Origin: the human T2T-CHM13v2.0 reference genome, Homo sapiens
Length of the DNA stretch: 64,000 nucleotides
NCBI RefSeq assembly: GCF_009914755.1
Contig: NC_060937.1
Strand: one strand, 5' to 3'
Below, piece after piece: positions 57,946-64,000 of this stretch. The notes under the pieces were generated by a model. The model saw only the letters and a program-made list of their open reading frames with translations. It did no database searches and was not told the origin of the DNA. The stretch's first letter is position 1. Each line of letters begins with the position of its first letter. Position numbers and translations under genes: made by a program.

Positions 57946-58172
57946 ATGTTTCATGGGTATCCCTAGAGAGAACATTCCGAATGGAGGGAGGTGAAGGAGG
58001 TCATCAGAAATGTGTCATTTTAAAGGTATAATTTGAACTGGGTGAAAAAAATTGGCTTATTTCCCTTGTGGAAGTGGGATGTGAATATTCCTGCCAGGAA
58101 AATGTTGTGAGCACTGGCCCAGAAAGAGTGAAGCTCCAGAGAAGACTGGAGAGCAGGAAGAAAGCCATGGCG

Positions 58173-58829
<657 letters not shown>

Positions 58830-59129
58830 TCAGAATTGTAGATGGGGCCGAAACTGCAGAGCATAATTTAGTGAGCACACCAACATCTGGGCAAAGCACC
58901 ACTAAGCTCAGTGACCATCAGGGGTTCTGATGATGAGAGCACAGCACGCAGGGCCAGTTGTCCCATCAGTCCTGGAATATAGACATCTTAGGATGTGCAG
59001 ATCACAGCCAGATCAAAATAGTCCCTGTGGAGGGTCCACCACGTTACCACACAGCACCTCCTAACCATTGCATCTGTTCATCCTGCCTCATCCCAGGTTA
59101 AGAAAACAGAAAGAAAGAGAGAGGAACTC

Positions 59130-61285
59130 ATCTTACTGCCACCAGCTCTACCAGCCTAACAGCTGTGGGGCTTTCCTAGATCTCGGCTTTGCCTGAGGTT
59201 TCAGAGGATGGCATGTCCTTTGTCCTATCAAAGGTCAACCAAGCATTTCTGCTCTGCTCCTATCACCTCTCTCCTCAGTCATTACCCCTGTCTTCCACAC
59301 CACCCTCTCCCTCTACTGGGCCATTTCTATCTGCATACAAACATGCTCTGGAGTACACTTTTGTTTTCTTAAAAAATGTTGCTGTTTTGATTTCCTATTT
59401 CTTTTTTTCTTTTCTTTTCTTTTTCTTTTTTTTTTTTTTTCTGGAGATGGAGTCTTGCGCTGTCACCCAGGCTGGAGTGCAGTGGCATGATCTCAGCTCA
59501 CTGCAACCTCTGCCTCCTGGGTTTAAGCAATTCTCCTGCCTCTATCACCCAGGCTGGAGTGCAGCGATGCAACCTCAGCTCACTGCAACCTCCGCCTCCC
59601 GGGTTCAAGCAATTCTCCTGCCTCAACCTCCTGAGTAGCTGGGACTACAGGCGCATGCCGCCACGCCCAGCTAATTTTTGTATTTTTAGTAGAGACGGGG
59701 TTTCACCATGTTGCCCAGGCTGGTCTCGAACTCCTGAGCTCAGGCAATCCACCCTCCTCAGCCTCCCAAAGTGCTAGGGTTACAGGGGTGAGCCACCGTG
59801 CCCAGCCTTGATTTCCTATTTCTATGCAATAAATGCCTTGTTTCTTTGTTCCTCTGGATGACAGAAGTTCTTGAAAGCATCTGAAGCCACAGCCTCTGCA
59901 TTCTCCCCTCTTGCTATGTCTCTCACTGTCTCTCACCAGGCTCTTTCCACTTCATTCCCCAGAAGCCAAAGCCGTTCTTTTCCACCTCACTTGGAAAGTG
60001 GCTACCAGACCCAGATCTCACCTCCCTCTGGCCTCTCCAGTCCTCCCAGTAGCTCTTAGCATGCGTGGATACACACCACCTCCCAGGACACGTTTTCTCT
60101 CAGCTTCCATGGACCTCACGCTCATGCTTTTTCTACCTCACAGTCTCCTTTACTGAACCCTAAATGGTGAGTCTGGATGGGATTCCTCTGCTATATGTTC
60201 TAGATTGTCCATTTTTATCCAGCGGCTTTAAACACAGTCTATATACCAATGACCCTCTTGTTCATATCTCTAGCTGTGACCTCTACCCTGAATTCCTGGC
60301 TTGTACACCAAACATGCAGCTCTTCATTTGTCATTTCCCCTTGGAAATCTAATGGGCTTCTAAACTTAACCTGACAACACAAAACTTTTCATTTCTCCCC
60401 CAACATTATCTGCCTGTTAGTTGACCCTACAGTCTCCCCAAGTGTTCCAGCCAGTTCTTCAGACAGATCCTCAATTCAGTGTCTTTACTGACCTTCTCCA
60501 CCCAGTTCATTGGCAAGTCATAATGACTACATCCAAAAGACATCCCAGAGACTTTCCCTTCTCCCTCTCTGCTGTATCTACCCAGCCACAGCCTCTACCA
60601 TTTTACTCTTGGCACGTGTAAGAGACATCTAAGTGGGCTCTGCTTTTTGCTTTTTTATTTGCCTTTCTTGCTGTTTTCTGCACATCATAGCGAGGATATT
60701 TTTTAATGTACATCACTGCATGTCAGTATCCCGTGCCGCACACCCCACTTACAGGCCTGTCTGAACCCTTGGCCCTGTCCACCACTCCTGATGACCTGGC
60801 CCTGTCCATCTCTCTGAACTTTGCATATTGACTTGTCCTCTTTCCCATGACAACCATACTCACTTCCCTTCTTTCCGTGCCTCGAACGTGCCATGTTTCC
60901 TTCTCCTTAGGATGCTTGCTTTCATCGTTCCTCTACCTGAGATGTCTTTTCCATACATCCTGCATGACTGGGACTGACTTTATCATTTACTTCTTTTCAC
61001 AAATGTCTCCTCCTTTGAGAGGATGTTCCTGGTCTTTCATTCTAAGTTACTTTGTAAAAACTCAGGTTTTGTCACACCACTTTTCTTTCAACAAGACTCG
61101 ACATTATCTGGTTTTTTGTTTATTTAATTTTCCCTTTTGTGAGTCTGCCTCCCCCCACCTCCCCAGGGTAAGCACTAATGTGGCAGGAGTTTATCTGATG
61201 TGCTCGCTGAGCAGCCTTGCACACAGCACCGTGCTTGGTATGCAGCATGTGCAAACGTGTGCAATATGTGCTGGACAAATGAGGA
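59130..61285 (+). mobile_element. Long degraded L2 remnant
   Basis: L2 hallmarks cagcggctttaaacacagtctatataccaatgac...ctctagctgtgacctctaccctgaattcc...cacagcaccgtgcttggtatgcagc. Confidence 0.7.
59402..59807 (-). mobile_element. AluS (Sx4-like), antisense, with an internal ~80-bp tandem duplication
   Basis: gagctcaggcaatcc diagnostic; tcacccaggctggagtgcag...aagcaattctcctgcctc occurs twice; TSD ttgatttcctattt. Confidence 0.9.
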
Positions 61286-61463
61286 CAATAACAAGGACAG
61301 TGATCATTGCTGGCAAGTGCAGAATTAGCCACAGATTCTGAGTAAATACCAATGACCAGAAAAGTTTAGAGGACTTTTAAATGTCTCTCCCACCCTATCT
61401 GTCATTTAGATTCATCCTGTTAGGACTCACTTACTGGTTGGTGTTATGCTTAGGGTCTGTCCC

Positions 61464-61960
61464 TGCAATGGGCTCAATGCTCATGTTCCCCTGCCCCAAA
61501 CCCCATCCCCAAGGTGATGATATATGGAGGTGGAGCCTGTGGGGGGTGATTAGGTCATGAGGGAGGAGGGCTAATGAAATCTCATTCCAATTTTAGAACA
61601 CGTGCTGCAGAAGCAAACACGTCATGAAATCTCCTATGTTGAAATGCCATCCTCCAGGTGATGTTACTTGGAGGTGGCACCTGTGGAAAGCGATTAGGCC
61701 ATGAGGGAGGAGGTCTCATGAATGGGGTTCATGAGCTTATGAAAGAGGCCCAACAGAGCTCACTTGCCTCTTCCACCATGTAAAGACACAGTGAGAAGAC
61801 GGCCCTCTAGGAACCAGGAAGCGGGCTCTCACCAGACACCGAGTCTGTCGGTGATTTTCTCCTGGATTTCCCAAACTCCAGAGCTGTGAGGAACCAATTT
61901 CTGTTGTTAGAAACGACCCAGCTTATGGGATTTTGTTATAGCACCCAAATGGACTTAGGC
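61464..61960 (+). mobile_element. MLT1A/MST-like solo LTR with internal duplication
   Basis: aggtgatg...ggaggtgg...gattaggtcatgaggg occurs twice; 3' end ggattttgttatagcacccaaatggactta. Confidence 0.8.
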
Positions 61961-62570
61961 CTTGTTTTATGATTTCAAACATGACAGGAGCAAGGTGATC
62001 TACATTAATTGACCTATCTAATTAGTCTTTTCCTGGAATAAAGTTTCTCAGAAAGTGGGTATAAAATCTTAGAGCAGTGATTACTTTATGGGTAAATAGG
62101 CAAATATAATTTTCATTTCAACACAGTTACTTTCAGGGTGAAATTGGCTACTATTGATAATGACAACAGGACAACAGATAGAAAACCAGGATTGTCCTGG
62201 ACACCATGGAAAGTTCTGGAAAGGAAATTAGAAACAAGATGAACAGAGAAAAGAAAGACACAAGGATATGCTGAAACATTTTGAAACACTGTTACAATGA
62301 CTAGTAGAGGAACATACTAGTATGTAGTAAACAAACTTAAGCTCACTGAAAAAGATGGAGTAAAAACATAAGCGTAGGAAACAGCCAGTCTCTGGAACAG
62401 TAAACATCCCTGTAAATAGGCCACTGCTGTGACCACAGGGCAGGAGGGCAAACAAACAATTGCATGTATCCACATTGTAGAAAGAACATCAGGTTCAGAA
62501 TGATTCATTCATACAACTCTGTCTCGGCGTGAAGGATTCACACATATACACAGACAAGAAGATAGGAGAC

Positions 62571-62954
<384 letters not shown>

Positions 62955-63630
62955 TTATCCTAAGAATATATTAACCGGCAACTTGTTTTCTGATTATTCA
63001 CTAAAGTCAACTCAGTTATAAAACAACAGACAGTTTACAAAGATAAGGATCATAGAGTGACAGGAGGGGAAGCCACCTAAAGAAGGCATTGATGATCAAG
63101 GATAGAAAATTGCAAAGCAGATGTAGAGGGGTCAAGGAATATTATATCTTGAGTACAGTAAAGGGGGGTGGATGAGTTATAATTCCATCTTGCTGCCCTC
63201 AGCTCTATTGATTCTTCGGCTCCTTAAATATGAAAATAGAAGAAAGGCAAACACTTAACAGGTATTTTTAAAAATCTGGATGGGCTAAGCTAAATCCATA
63301 TGGGCCCATTCCACTTGATATGCAGGTGAGCACATAGTCCTTTCACGGCAATGGCAAAGGTGAAGTTACACCTGTATTGCTTTCTTGGAGCCCTGGGAAA
63401 TATTGGTCACCTGAACTCCCCAAAAACAAGTGTGGAGAAAGGGAAGTGAGCAACAAGGTACCTGGTGTCATTGTCCTGGTAGAAGCACTGCGGGGAGGAG
63501 TCCTGCAAGCTGCAATCAGCTGAGTCAGGGAAGGACAGGACAGAGGCCCTGGCCAAGTTTCCTTTAAGAAAATAGCAATTTTCTCCCACAAGTAACGTGA
63601 CATTCAATTTCACCCAATATCCACACCTGA

Positions 63631-64000
<370 letters not shown>

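Overview
Repeat-rich primate genomic DNA. A full-length AluYa5 at 8111 makes it almost certainly human. It looks intergenic or deep-intronic. I find no credible protein-coding exon, tRNA/rRNA gene or CRISPR array, and the six-frame ORFs are explained by Alu/L1/LTR sequence, low-complexity tracts or chance. Recognisable content is Alus (J, S, Y, Ya5), L1 remnants, L2, L3/CR1, MIR, many solo LTRs (MLT1, MLT2A, THE1, MER57, LTR33-like), DNA transposon relics (MADE1, MER33, MER5A, MER20, MER82), two minisatellites derived from transposon sequence, and microsatellites. Points worth a second look: (1) a three-layer MLT2A LTR holding a young AluYa5, a ~1.2 kb AT-rich VNTR and an intact splice donor; (2) several well-formed + strand non-coding exon candidates downstream, which could form an LTR-driven lncRNA (hypothesis only); (3) a MIR-derived 50-bp VNTR; (4) small template-switch or fold-back scars in an AluY and a twin-primed L1. 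I see no evidence for a wholly new biological system. Repeat subfamily calls were made by eye from remembered consensus sequences, and boundaries of old elements are approximate.
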